A program made the position numbers and the translations under genes. 64,000 nucleotides of DNA from Candidatus Enterousia sp. (GTDB lineage: Bacteria > Pseudomonadota > Alphaproteobacteria > Rs-D84). The stretch's first letter is position 1, and every line of letters begins with the position of its first letter. The notes beneath the pieces were generated by a model. The model did no database searches. It was given only the letters and a program-made list of their open reading frames with translations, and was not told the origin of the DNA. The stretch is taken from NCBI GenBank assembly GCA_045635825.1, contig JAZTWM010000015.1, forward strand, positions 6,786 to 70,785, given 5' to 3'. This document shows positions 18,602 to 28,805 of this stretch, piece by piece.

Positions 18602-19111
18602 TTATTTACGCGAACGCGATTTTGTTTTGGTGGCACTGCGTCTTGGCTGAAGGCGTTTTGGTGAAGAATCAATCGTTTCCATGTCTTCAAACGCCACATC
18701 CCCATTTGCAACATCCATAATTTGCTTTACACGACTGCGTAATTTTGGGTGACGGTCTGCGTATTGTTTTATACCCACCAAGACAGCCGTTGTAATTAAC
18801 TTTTCCATATCACGTGAATCAATGTGTTCTGTTACCTGACCACGCACACCAGATAAAACAGTACGCATTGCTTCTTTGGCACGACGGATAAAGTGACGTC
18901 TGCGGTGTGCACGAACGATTTCATGTATCCACATCAATACCAACAATACCACTGCAGGCACAATCACACAAAACAAGAAGTAACGATACCAACTGTCACA
19001 AAATGGGGTTGAAAATATCGCATCGCATATATGTTGGAAATGCAATGCAGATACCGCCAGCATTTCATAAATGGCAACGGTGGTTAGACAGATTTTTGAT
19101 TTTAATAACAT
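18602..19111 (-). CDS. Hypothetical membrane protein (2 N-terminal TM helices plus basic helical tail)
   Basis: 169-aa ORF. Hydrophobic segments VAIYEMLAVSAL and YFLFCVIVPAVVLLVLMWI. Followed by a hairpin terminator. Confidence 0.5.
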   Translation of the reverse strand: MLLKSKICLTTVAIYEMLAVSALHFQHICDAIFSTPFCDSWYRYFLFCVIVPAVVLLVLMWIHEIVRAHRRRHFIRRAKEAMRTVLSGVRGQVTEHIDSRDMEKLITTAVLVGIKQYADRHPKLRSRVKQIMDVANGDVAFEDMETIDSSPKRLQPRRSATKTKSRSRK

Positions 19112-19194
19112 GGTACATCCTTTTTGCTGATAATCTTGGTAATAAACAGATTAACGCACATGGTACGCCATGTCATCAGGTATGAAATCCGCCT

Positions 19195-20295
19195 TTAACG
19201 AGATTTAGGCGAAGAGGCAGATATTACCACATCTTTACGATTACGACACATATCAATATACGTATTGTTTGCCGCCTTGAGAGCGGTATCTGTCCATTCA
19301 CGTTCACGTTGAACATCTGGCGTGGCAAGTTTGGCTGTATATGTATTGTCAATAATATGGTTGTGTAATTGGAACAACTTGACCGACATATCACAGGCAT
19401 CTTGTCCGGTTGTGATGCGTGGCGTAACATTCAACTGGGCATTCGCATCCAGATATGCAGTTGGACGACCACCCTTTTGATAAAAGATTCCGCCAACACC
19501 ATTTTCGGCATCCAGACTGTGATCCTGAACATATTTCACATTGTATGGTTCTGGTGACGGCAGGTTAAAACCACGATACATCGGTTGATATATTACTGTT
19601 TGTGTTTTGGTTGGTTCAAAAGAACGAACCACCGGTGTATGTAAGCGACCATTGCCACGAATTACTGTGCCTGGGCGTATATCTGTCAAATCCATAAATA
19701 TCATTTTATCACAATATGGGAATCCGACACGTCGTGCAACCAGACCATATTCAGATGCACTGGTAAATGTATAATCATTAACAATCAGTTGAAATACCGA
19801 TGGCATATGACGAAAAGTTTTCATACCAGGGCCAATGAAAGACAATCTGATTTTTTCATCTTCTTTGGGTTCGGTACGCTCGATAATTAACATTCTATCT
19901 TTTAGACCAACACGAGAAGCAATATGCATATGCGGATCATAAACATCAACTTGCTTGGATAAATATAGGTCGCCCAGCCAAAGACCGACACGCACTTTGT
20001 CAAACCAATCCAGCAATAACGATATTTCTGGGGCAGTCAGGCTGGCACCATCCATAATCTTGGTTATGATATCTTTGCATTGAGCCTCCATCAGACTGTA
20101 CCGGCTGTTACATTCTTCGCAGGCGGGGAACTTTAATGCCTGAAATGCAATACTGTCACGACCACTGGGCAAAATATTACCCATAAAACAGGGGCGTGAT
20201 TTTTTACCGGTCATCGCCATTAACCATTGTGGCAAAACGTGTTCCGCATTCTTGCCCTGGGGTTTATTTCCACAAAAAACACAAAATTGTGACAT
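19195..20295 (-). CDS. Protein with N-terminal HNH-like Zn-finger nuclease motif plus ~280-aa unknown domain
   Basis: C-x2-C (CVFCG) ... EHVLPQWL ... N ... C-x2-C-N (ACEECN) arrangement typical of HNH/His-Me finger nucleases. No other recognisable motif. Confidence 0.5.
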   Translation of the reverse strand: MSQFCVFCGNKPQGKNAEHVLPQWLMAMTGKKSRPCFMGNILPSGRDSIAFQALKFPACEECNSRYSLMEAQCKDIITKIMDGASLTAPEISLLLDWFDKVRVGLWLGDLYLSKQVDVYDPHMHIASRVGLKDRMLIIERTEPKEDEKIRLSFIGPGMKTFRHMPSVFQLIVNDYTFTSASEYGLVARRVGFPYCDKMIFMDLTDIRPGTVIRGNGRLHTPVVRSFEPTKTQTVIYQPMYRGFNLPSPEPYNVKYVQDHSLDAENGVGGIFYQKGGRPTAYLDANAQLNVTPRITTGQDACDMSVKLFQLHNHIIDNTYTAKLATPDVQREREWTDTALKAANNTYIDMCRNRKDVVISASSPKSR

Positions 20296-20401
20296 AGTTA
20301 TCCTTTATATCTCCCATATATTATAACTTGACAAATAAAATATTCCACAAAAAAATTACCCCCATTGTTTTGGGGGCTATTTTTGTCATAAACGCATGTG
20401 T

Positions 20402-21166
20402 TTATTCATCGCCATCGGGTGTTTCATCTGTATTTTCTGGGTTAGATTCAACCGCACGTGCAACAGTTTCTATCTGTAACAACTGATTTTCCAATGCGGT
20501 ACGTTCCGATGACTTGTATCCCGTTTCTGCATCTGTACCAGATGCATCACCTGTTTCCTTGCCGTCTTTGACAGACTGTTTAACATCATTGATTGCAGGA
20601 TTTATTAGATTCTTGTAGATTTCCATTGCCTGGTGTGTGCCGGCCATATCACGTGCCAACAACTTATTTTCAGGTCCCGGGAAGAACCAATCATCCAATT
20701 TTACCGCAGTTACCTGCATCACAGGTCTGGTGCGTGACTGGGCCAGCCATTTTGGCAAATGTGGCACATCCGAATAATACCACAATGCACCCCAATAGAA
20801 AATACCCATAACAACAACACCACGAATAATACCGAAGATTACACCCAATGTTTTGTCAGTGACATTCATAATGCTGGCCTGAATCTTGTCACGCAGTTTT
20901 TGATTCAGGAAACCGACCAATAACAAGATTGCAAAAAATACAATAAAATATGATGCAACCAACGTACCAACCGTCGATTCAGTCAAATCAAACCATGACT
21001 GCAATAGACCATCCAGCCATGGCGATACAAAACGGGCAGAAATCGCCGCAACGACCCATGATAGCGTAGCAATTGTTTCGTACACGCCACCACGAATTGT
21101 AGCCCAAATTGTGGATGCCAATATGACACCCACATAAATATAATCTAATGCTGTTAAATCAAACAT
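20402..21166 (-). CDS. cvpA: CvpA-family membrane protein with extended acidic C-terminus
   Basis: N-terminal 4-TM CvpA-like region (DYIYVGVILASTIWATIRGG...). Hairpin terminator at 20345-20372. Confidence 0.7.
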   Translation of the reverse strand: MFDLTALDYIYVGVILASTIWATIRGGVYETIATLSWVVAAISARFVSPWLDGLLQSWFDLTESTVGTLVASYFIVFFAILLLVGFLNQKLRDKIQASIMNVTDKTLGVIFGIIRGVVVMGIFYWGALWYYSDVPHLPKWLAQSRTRPVMQVTAVKLDDWFFPGPENKLLARDMAGTHQAMEIYKNLINPAINDVKQSVKDGKETGDASGTDAETGYKSSERTALENQLLQIETVARAVESNPENTDETPDGDE

Positions 21167-21196
21167 AGCAGTTCCGATTTAATTACGAATTAATAA

Positions 21197-21817
21197 TTAT
21201 TTCTTTTTGTCTTTGCGAACCAATACATAGCCCAAACCAGCGACCAACACAATCAGCAAGCCCCAAAACCACAAAACGCCGCCCCCCTGATTTGCTGGGG
21301 TTGCGGCTGTTGCGTCAGTTGCATCTGCAACAGATTCTTCTTTTGCAGCATCTGGCACGTATTCTTTGATTGCCTTGGTACGTTCTGCATTTTCAGCCTT
21401 GAACTTTTCTGCATCTTCGGCCATTGCTTTCTTGTTTGCGGCGGCTGTGGCCTTTTGTTCGTCTGTCATGTCTGCTTCGACATGGCCACGCAGTGTGTCT
21501 TGCATAAACTCAGCATAGCCCTGTTCGCACTTGTCACCAATTACCAAAACAGGTACACCACCACTTTCAAATTCACATTTTTTCAATGTATCATAAAACT
21601 TGTGCTGATTTTCAGGTAATGTAACGTTAACCATTGTTACCTGGATTTCTGGGTATTCGTATACCAATGTGTTTTCAACGAATTCACGTGCATGGTGACA
21701 ATGTGGGCATGTTGGGGAATAGAAAACAGTAACATCTGCTGCCATTGCGGAACCAACAAATGCCAAACCAAAGATTGCCGATAAGAATGATAATTTTTTC
21801 ATATTTACTCCTTTCAT
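21197..21817 (-). CDS. Thioredoxin-fold disulfide oxidoreductase, signal peptide and C-terminal TM anchor
   Basis: CPHC active-site motif in SPTCPHCHHA. Ala/Glu/Lys-rich linker. C-terminal VLWFWGLLIVLVAGLGYVLV. Confidence 0.65.
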   Translation of the reverse strand: MKGVNMKKLSFLSAIFGLAFVGSAMAADVTVFYSPTCPHCHHAREFVENTLVYEYPEIQVTMVNVTLPENQHKFYDTLKKCEFESGGVPVLVIGDKCEQGYAEFMQDTLRGHVEADMTDEQKATAAANKKAMAEDAEKFKAENAERTKAIKEYVPDAAKEESVADATDATAATPANQGGGVLWFWGLLIVLVAGLGYVLVRKDKKK

Positions 21818-21950
21818 ATGGGGTAATTATAGAAAATATTTTTATATACGTGCAAGTAATTTTTCAGCCATTTTTTCCTGTTGCGTTTTACAGAAAATCT
21901 CTAAAATATATTTAGAAAAACCGACTATAGTAAAAAAAAGGACAGTACAA

Positions 21951-22538
21951 ATGTTTACACTGAATCAATTTCCATTACCATATGCAACTGATGCTTTGGC
22001 ACCATATATATCACAGGAAACACTGGAAACACATCATGGCAAACACGTTGCAACATATATCAGCAATTTGAATAACTTGATAGAAAACACCCCCTATGAA
22101 CAAATATCTTTGGCCGAGATTATTAAGCAGAGCAGTAAAGAGCCAGAAAACCAAAAAATCTTTAATAATGCGGCACAAATCTATAACCATAACTTCTTTT
22201 TTCATGGAATGTGTCCAAACTGTGGAACACAAATCCCACAAGAAATAATTGAACAATTTGGCAGTGCCGAAAACTTTAAACAGCAATTCAAAACAATGGC
22301 AACATCCCTGTTTGGCAGTGGGTACACATGGCTGGTACGCGATGGCGAAGATTTGAAAATTATCAACACAATAAATGCAGACACACCAATTGCCCACAAC
22401 ATGAAACCAATTTTAAATCTGGATGTATGGGAACATGCGTACTATTTAGACTATAAAAACAAGCGGGGCGATTTTATCGAGTCATTCTTGAACAATCTGG
22501 TAAATTGGGATTTTGTTGCAGAGAATCTGAAACAATAA
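21951..22538 (+). CDS. Fe/Mn superoxide dismutase
   Basis: HHGKHVATY and DVWEHAYYLDYKN metal-ligand motifs. Bidirectional hairpin terminator at 22539-22566. Confidence 0.9.
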   Translation: MFTLNQFPLPYATDALAPYISQETLETHHGKHVATYISNLNNLIENTPYEQISLAEIIKQSSKEPENQKIFNNAAQIYNHNFFFHGMCPNCGTQIPQEIIEQFGSAENFKQQFKTMATSLFGSGYTWLVRDGEDLKIINTINADTPIAHNMKPILNLDVWEHAYYLDYKNKRGDFIESFLNNLVNWDFVAENLKQ

Positions 22539-22563
22539 AAAAAACGGGGTTAATCCCCGTTTT

Positions 22564-23943
22564 TTATCTATCATATATAACTGGTGTCTTGTTTATCGTG
22601 TAAATGCGACCATCATTTTCAATATTATAAAACAGATAGATTACATTTGAATGACCGTCTTGGGCAGACCAAGGATTCTGTGAACCAATAACCTGGCGGG
22701 ATGTGTTGTATGGAAAAACAGAACGGAATGTATTATCAAATACACGTGAATATTTATCCGCAAACTCTGGCGAAACAATCATATTCATCGCAATAATACC
22801 GTTTGGCGCAACGCGTGCACGCAGACGTGTCATAAACTCGGCAGTGATTAATGATTCTGGAATCTGGTACGAATTAGAATAAACATCCAATAAGATAAAG
22901 TCATACTGTTCATCTGTGTTCTTGAGATATTGACTGGCATCGGCGACAACAAATCGCTTGTTTTCAGGGATTTTTCTGCCCAAGAAATATTTTTCCGACA
23001 CTTCCTTGAGAGTGTGTTCAATATCAACAAATGTATAATCGTTACGTGTATCGTTCAGCCCCAGGGTAAAGCCACCAGCCCCCAGAACCAATATTTTGTT
23101 AACACGATTACGTGGCATGTTATAGATAAAGTTTTCATTCAAATAATTTACATAATCTGCCATTGTGCCATCCGGACTGTAGATAGACATTGGTAAACCA
23201 TTCATGTATAGAACACGTGCCTGTTCAAACTCTGCAACAGAGATAGTAGAATTAGCGTTATTTACCAAAATGCCGAATTTTTTGTGTTGATATGTATCAC
23301 TGTTGATATAAACCGACAATCCCAACATAGTCAAACATATGCACCATGTCCACCATTTGTGACGCACAACCAATGCACCAATCGATGCCAAGACAGTTAT
23401 CAAAACAACCGTATAATTAACACCTAAAAATGGCATCAATAATAATGTCGTTGCAATTGAACCAAACACAGACCCAATCGTATCCCATGCCATAATATTA
23501 CCTGTGCAATTTTTGTTATAGGAATGCAACTGGCGTGACAGCAGGGTTGTATTCAAACCAAACAAGAAAGGACCAACAGACAAGAATATCAAGGAATACA
23601 AAAACGTTTGGATTACACCAGATGTAATTCCACCAGAATACATCACCATAAAATAATGTGTAATTAATGGGAAACTGGCCCCAACGACCGACAACCCTGC
23701 AATTATCAGGAAACTGATATTCAAAATCTTGCGAATACGGGCATCAGAAATCTTTTGTGATTCACCAATAAAATAGCCCAACGACATAAACCCAAGGAAT
23801 ATCGCCATAATGATACTGGTGATAACGGCACTGGATCCAACATAGAATGACAACTGACGCAAGACGGCCAATTCCAAAGACAAACTGACATAGCCATTTA
23901 GAAATATTAAAAATATCAAAGACGCACGTGATAATTTGGACAT
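22564..23943 (-). CDS. Membrane-anchored spermidine/spermine synthase-like aminopropyltransferase
   Basis: About 7 N-terminal TM helices followed by KILVLGAGGFTLG...DIE (class-I SAM/dcSAM-binding fold of SpeE-like enzymes). Confidence 0.65.
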   Translation of the reverse strand: MSKLSRASLIFLIFLNGYVSLSLELAVLRQLSFYVGSSAVITSIIMAIFLGFMSLGYFIGESQKISDARIRKILNISFLIIAGLSVVGASFPLITHYFMVMYSGGITSGVIQTFLYSLIFLSVGPFLFGLNTTLLSRQLHSYNKNCTGNIMAWDTIGSVFGSIATTLLLMPFLGVNYTVVLITVLASIGALVVRHKWWTWCICLTMLGLSVYINSDTYQHKKFGILVNNANSTISVAEFEQARVLYMNGLPMSIYSPDGTMADYVNYLNENFIYNMPRNRVNKILVLGAGGFTLGLNDTRNDYTFVDIEHTLKEVSEKYFLGRKIPENKRFVVADASQYLKNTDEQYDFILLDVYSNSYQIPESLITAEFMTRLRARVAPNGIIAMNMIVSPEFADKYSRVFDNTFRSVFPYNTSRQVIGSQNPWSAQDGHSNVIYLFYNIENDGRIYTINKTPVIYDR

Positions 23944-24063
23944 ATTCTTTCCCCTTGTATTTCAAATATGCACCGATGTTAGTAAAAAATGAAATGCACT
24001 GCAACGCAATATTTGTTAAATCTGTTTGTAATACAAAAAAGTCCCGATTTCGGGACCCCTGTA

Positions 24064-24177
24064 TCAATAAACCGGATAATCACGTGGATATGCAGGATTT
24101 GGGCGTTGCAGGTCGGATTTAACCCCACAGGCCGACAATATCACCACGACAAAAATCCACAAAATTATTTTCTTCAT
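24064..24177 (-). CDS. Small lipoprotein (about 37 aa)
   Basis: MKKIILWIFVVVILSACG lipobox. Start trimmed from the longer listed ORF. Confidence 0.3.
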   Translation of the reverse strand: MKKIILWIFVVVILSACGVKSDLQRPNPAYPRDYPVY

Positions 24178-24277
24178 ACGTGAATTATAATACATCAGGT
24201 GTAAAAATGTCAATTTTTTAGCATTAGGATTAAAAACATGGTATAATCTGGCATAGCGAGAGAGAAATAATCCAGAC

Positions 24278-25465
24278 ATGAATAAACTATCACGTGACTT
24301 GAAAATAATGATTGCGTTTGCCGCATTACGTAATATCAGCGAACTGTTTCTGGTGACATTTTTGATTTCTTTTATCATGCATTTGGCATCCAACGAGATT
24401 TTATCCGTATCGATGTATAATTTATTTCAATATGCAGCAACCTGTGCGGGGTTCTTTGTGTTTGCAAATTGGTGTAAAAAACACAACAAGGTTGCAGTAT
24501 TTGGATTGCATTTGATACCAAAAATTGCGTTACTGGTATCTATTATCATACTGGGGAATCGGGCGGTAGATTATGTTGTACCATTGGGAATCATGTACGG
24601 AATTGGTGCGGCAATGTATCATTTGCCAATGAACACAATGACCGGTGAAAAGGTGCCACACAAATTGATGAATCACTATATCGGCACCAGAAACGCCATA
24701 TGCTATGTGGTAAAGATTATTGCACCATTGGTTCTGGGATTCTTTATTAGCGAGGCATCATATACAGATATGGCGTGCGTGCTGTTGGGGATTGCACTGA
24801 TTGAACTGATACTGATGTTCCAATTAACACCATCACGTCACATCAGTCGCCAAGGCATAGATATACCAGGGTTCTTTCGCTGTATGTTCAGATTCCCTGT
24901 AATTCGCCAGACATTTGCAATGGAGGCTTTGCGTGGGTTTGGATTGGGCCTGTTGGGGGCGGTCATTACAATGTATACCGTATACATGTTCCAGACGGAT
25001 TTAAAACTGGGCATCTTTACAACCATATTTGGCGCATGTTCTATTTTTACATCTTGGGCATTTGGTCGCTGGGTAAAACAAAAATATTGGGCGTATGTAT
25101 TGGTGCCGGCAATGCTGATGATTGGTGGGGCATTATCAATGTTTCTGTATATGGCAACACCTGTAACATTTCTGGTGTACAACTTTATTTATGCAACAGC
25201 GATTATCGCAATTGACCAGGCCAGTGCCGTTAATGTATTTAAATTAGCACATTCGAAATGTGTGACCAAAAATTACAAAGTTGAATACTTTGTATTTCGT
25301 GATACAGCACTGTTTATTGGCCGGTGGATTGGCTTTGTGGGCCTGATGTATATTGGTGTGTTTGGCGGATATGCGTGGTTGCGTTGGTATCTGGCACTGA
25401 TAACAATGGCAATATTGATGTGTGGCGTAATGGCAATCAAACTGGGCCGAAACAATAAAAATTAA
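24278..25465 (+). CDS. Polytopic membrane protein, MFS-transporter-like
   Basis: About 12 hydrophobic helices across 395 aa. Confidence 0.45.
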   Translation: MNKLSRDLKIMIAFAALRNISELFLVTFLISFIMHLASNEILSVSMYNLFQYAATCAGFFVFANWCKKHNKVAVFGLHLIPKIALLVSIIILGNRAVDYVVPLGIMYGIGAAMYHLPMNTMTGEKVPHKLMNHYIGTRNAICYVVKIIAPLVLGFFISEASYTDMACVLLGIALIELILMFQLTPSRHISRQGIDIPGFFRCMFRFPVIRQTFAMEALRGFGLGLLGAVITMYTVYMFQTDLKLGIFTTIFGACSIFTSWAFGRWVKQKYWAYVLVPAMLMIGGALSMFLYMATPVTFLVYNFIYATAIIAIDQASAVNVFKLAHSKCVTKNYKVEYFVFRDTALFIGRWIGFVGLMYIGVFGGYAWLRWYLALITMAILMCGVMAIKLGRNNKN

Positions 25466-25533
25466 ACATGTATTTTTTTAGTGACTTTTCTATATTTTGT
25501 TGACATAATAATTTTTGTGGCAACAGGATTTTT

Positions 25534-27057
25534 ATGTCAAAAAGCATGTATGATATTATCAAAAAGCAAAATGGCGAACACTTTGCCAAGGCCATTCGTT
25601 GTTATGACAATGGCATTTTTGACATTCCAAATCTGGATCGAATTGTAAAGTATGCTGGTCGTGACGCAGAACCAGTTATGAAATACTTGATATCGCTGAA
25701 AAATATTGAGATTACCAGACAAAGCAAACACCACGAACCGTTAACCCTGTTGGCACAGGCTGGATATACCGCATACGTTGCAGACACATTAGAAAAACAA
25801 AACGCCATCGCCAGATATTTTGCACCGAACGAACAACTGTGCACGTTCAAGGATAAAGACAGATTCCAAAGATACTATATTATAAATGCAGTTCGGCATG
25901 ATGCAGACAAATTAAGACGTGATGACTTTACACACCCAGAACGTGAAGACGCATATGGAACATCCGTTATTTCAATTCAAGTATTAAAAGAAGGCGGATT
26001 TATTAGCATAAAGAACAGATACAATCACGCCGTAGAATCATGTGACAATACCTTCAATTCAAATCCCGACAATATCATTATGGGGCTGTCCGATGCGATA
26101 CAGAATTACTTTAATGTAGACTTTGTCACAACGCATTGTGATTTGCCACGTGGATACAGATTGGTTGGCGAACACATTTGCAAATATAACCAAGAAATCA
26201 ACAACGTCTATGTTGGTGAAAACTTTTATATCGCAGATGGCATAATACATGACATAAATGGCCAAAATAAAATTATGCTGGGTGGTGGGCTAATTTTTGA
26301 TATCCCCAGCAAAACCGTTCATAATATCGCACACCCTTTTTACAATTGGAATTGTATTGATAATATATTTCGCAACAAGGCATTACAACAAATAAAAGAT
26401 AAAAAGACGGGCGTACGCACATTGACTGCAGATGGCGTGCCGGTTATGCGAATTAACGCAGGACAGATGACTTATATAAACCTGGCGGATGCACCAAGCG
26501 TTCTGTTGACGGATATGAATAAACTGTGTGGGGAATTAGATTTGTCCAAGGCATTTGAGGTTGATTTAGAAAATATTAACACAGAAAATATTACACGCAT
26601 AAAGTTTAACCCAATGGTGCGTTCAGTACAGATAAAACAAACTGCCCTGCCCCGGGATAGTTATAATTTTAGTAATGCGAACACTTTGATATTGAACAAT
26701 GCGGATTTTTCAAATGCAACAGGCTTTAAAACCAAACGCGATGCAGGACACGTTGTAATCAGCAATGTAAAGTTCCCACACCTGGACTTTGATTTCAGCC
26801 AGGTCGAGATTTTAGGTCTGCCGAACTGTGATTTGCGTGGTGTTAAATCCATTAAATTCAATCCAAATGGATACAGAATAAATCTGCGCGGTGCAAAGTT
26901 ACCAGCACAAAAGTTTAATTTAGAACATGTTGATGATTTAATTTTAGATAACACAGATACAAGCCTGGTTCATGGTATGAAAATAAATCCCAATCGCGTA
27001 ACAGGTATCACACCAGCAAACGCACTAAGATTGATAGAACAATATAAGCAAAGATAA
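25534..27057 (+). CDS. Hypothetical 507-aa protein with C-terminal pentapeptide-like repeats
   Basis: C-terminal third has runs such as NNADFSNATGF..ISNVKFPHLDFDFSQVEIL..CDLRGVKSIKF..INLRGAKL. Followed by hairpin AGACCACCAAAATGGTGGTCT. Confidence 0.5.
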   Translation: MSKSMYDIIKKQNGEHFAKAIRCYDNGIFDIPNLDRIVKYAGRDAEPVMKYLISLKNIEITRQSKHHEPLTLLAQAGYTAYVADTLEKQNAIARYFAPNEQLCTFKDKDRFQRYYIINAVRHDADKLRRDDFTHPEREDAYGTSVISIQVLKEGGFISIKNRYNHAVESCDNTFNSNPDNIIMGLSDAIQNYFNVDFVTTHCDLPRGYRLVGEHICKYNQEINNVYVGENFYIADGIIHDINGQNKIMLGGGLIFDIPSKTVHNIAHPFYNWNCIDNIFRNKALQQIKDKKTGVRTLTADGVPVMRINAGQMTYINLADAPSVLLTDMNKLCGELDLSKAFEVDLENINTENITRIKFNPMVRSVQIKQTALPRDSYNFSNANTLILNNADFSNATGFKTKRDAGHVVISNVKFPHLDFDFSQVEILGLPNCDLRGVKSIKFNPNGYRINLRGAKLPAQKFNLEHVDDLILDNTDTSLVHGMKINPNRVTGITPANALRLIEQYKQR

Positions 27058-27240
27058 AGACCACCAAAATGGTGGTCTTTTTATTTTGTCAGCCCCAGAT
27101 TGATAACATTCGAACTGAAATATCATTGTACGAGGCAGAAATCCAAGAAATTTTAGATTTACTAGAAGAGTTTTTGAACGATTTGAAACAGTAAACTATT
27201 GAGATGTTGCAAATAAAAAAAGGTATGCTAATATGAAAAT

Positions 27241-27975
27241 ATGTCTATAAAGAAGAGTCTTCAACAGCTTTTTCCTAATATCAAATCATGGGGTTGGTAT
27301 GGCTGGGTAAAGTACCTAATGACAGGATTGTTTCTTTTTGGTGCGATCAGGCTAACAATATTTTCTGTATCCCAAAGTTTTTCTGAACATGATTTGTGGG
27401 AGATAACGTTTCTTATTCCGTTGTTTGTATTGCCTATGTTATCTTGTGCCTGGTTGATCATAAAGGATTATAGGTTACCATATATCGTTTGTATGATATT
27501 TGGCTCAATGATGCTATTTCACTCTGTAAAAGTACTTGGGGTTTATACCGATACGTTTCCAGATAGTTTGGATATTTTTGATATTACACTAACAGCATTA
27601 TCTTTGGTTTGTTTTTTGAAAATTACACTTGATAAAAAACTCAACCAGAAAGAAGATCATAGTGTTTTATCTTCCATAGCTGTGTGTTTTATTACCGCAT
27701 TAGGAATATTGATAGCTATCGGATCAATGATTTTCCCAGATGACGATGATTGGAAGTTTAGGTTAGAAAAAGAATGTATAGAAACAAAAGTGACAAAAGG
27801 TTATCCAAGAGATTTTGCACGAGAATATTGTCTTGGTGCCGGTGAAGGATGCGTTGAAAAAGGTTATGTAGAAAATTGTGAAGTTGGACTTAAATGTTGT
27901 TTTGCAACAATTGAAGAAGATAAGAAATGGAACTATCTGGATTATGACGAGATCGGGAATAAGATAGAGAAATAA
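27241..27975 (+). CDS. Hypothetical membrane protein with Cys-rich C-terminal tail
   Basis: About 6 TM helices. Tail CLGAGEGCVEKGYVENCEVGLKCC. Followed by the same hairpin as the previous gene. Confidence 0.45.
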   Translation: MSIKKSLQQLFPNIKSWGWYGWVKYLMTGLFLFGAIRLTIFSVSQSFSEHDLWEITFLIPLFVLPMLSCAWLIIKDYRLPYIVCMIFGSMMLFHSVKVLGVYTDTFPDSLDIFDITLTALSLVCFLKITLDKKLNQKEDHSVLSSIAVCFITALGILIAIGSMIFPDDDDWKFRLEKECIETKVTKGYPRDFAREYCLGAGEGCVEKGYVENCEVGLKCCFATIEEDKKWNYLDYDEIGNKIEK

Positions 27976-28159
27976 AAAGACCACCAAAATGGTGGTTTTA
28001 ATTTTGGTAGGGCCACTTAAGCAATTCACGAACTGATTTTATTCGTGATTTGTTGTCGTTCGGGAAAAATATCAAGGTGTTTTTGGATAAAATTTGTTAA
28101 ATAATTTTTTTTATGTTATAATAGGTATGAATTCAAAGAGTTATAAAAAAGGATAATAA

Positions 28160-28681
28160 ATGGCAGATTGGTTTAATAATGATTTATCTGATTACATAGA
28201 TAAAAAAGAAAAAGTTATTATTGATGTGCGTAAAAACGATAAAATTTGTGTTTTATCTAGTTTTATTTTATCATTATTTTTTTCAGCAATATTAGGGTTC
28301 ATGGGTGCATTTGTGGATATTGGACTTGCAATATTTGCATTGTTAGGTAGTTTTTGTCTGTTTATGTGGTTGATTTATAATAGCCAGCGAGCAACGAGAT
28401 ATGTTTTGACAAATTGCGGGATTTATAGAATCGCAGGACTGATTTTCAAAAGAACCAAATTTGTCGCATATAACCAAATCACAGATGTGAGCGTGTCCAA
28501 AGGCCCGATACAAACAATTGTTGGTTGTGGTTCGGTTGGCGTTGGTACTGCCAGTAATAATGTTGTAGGTTCGGTGTCAGATGGTAACGGTGCAATATAT
28601 TCAATAAATGAATTAGACATAGAATCTGTAGATAATTATAAACAGATACGAGAAATTATTATCAAAAACAGAAAAAAATAG
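28160..28681 (+). CDS. Membrane protein with bacterial PH (bPH_2/YdbS-like) domain
   Basis: Two TM helices then YVLTNCGIYRIAGLIFKRTKFVAYNQITDVSVSKGPIQ, typical of the bPH_2 fold. Confidence 0.6.
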   Translation: MADWFNNDLSDYIDKKEKVIIDVRKNDKICVLSSFILSLFFSAILGFMGAFVDIGLAIFALLGSFCLFMWLIYNSQRATRYVLTNCGIYRIAGLIFKRTKFVAYNQITDVSVSKGPIQTIVGCGSVGVGTASNNVVGSVSDGNGAIYSINELDIESVDNYKQIREIIIKNRKK

Positions 28682-28788
28682 AAAAAGTTCGTAAACGTAT
28701 GAAATGGTGTCAGTTTTTGATGCCCGACTTACGAACTTGTGAAAGTATTTGAAAACAAAATTAAAACCGACCACAAGGGTCGGTTGTA

Positions 28789-28805
28789 ATTTTGGCAGCC
28801 CCAAC
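28789..28805. repeat. 17-bp perfect copy of the tRNA-Glu 3' end (att-like)
   Basis: ATTTTGGCAGCCCCAAC is identical to 29039-29055. Degenerate copies at 28001-28016 and 27083-27098. Each sits right after a hairpin terminator. Confidence 0.7.
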
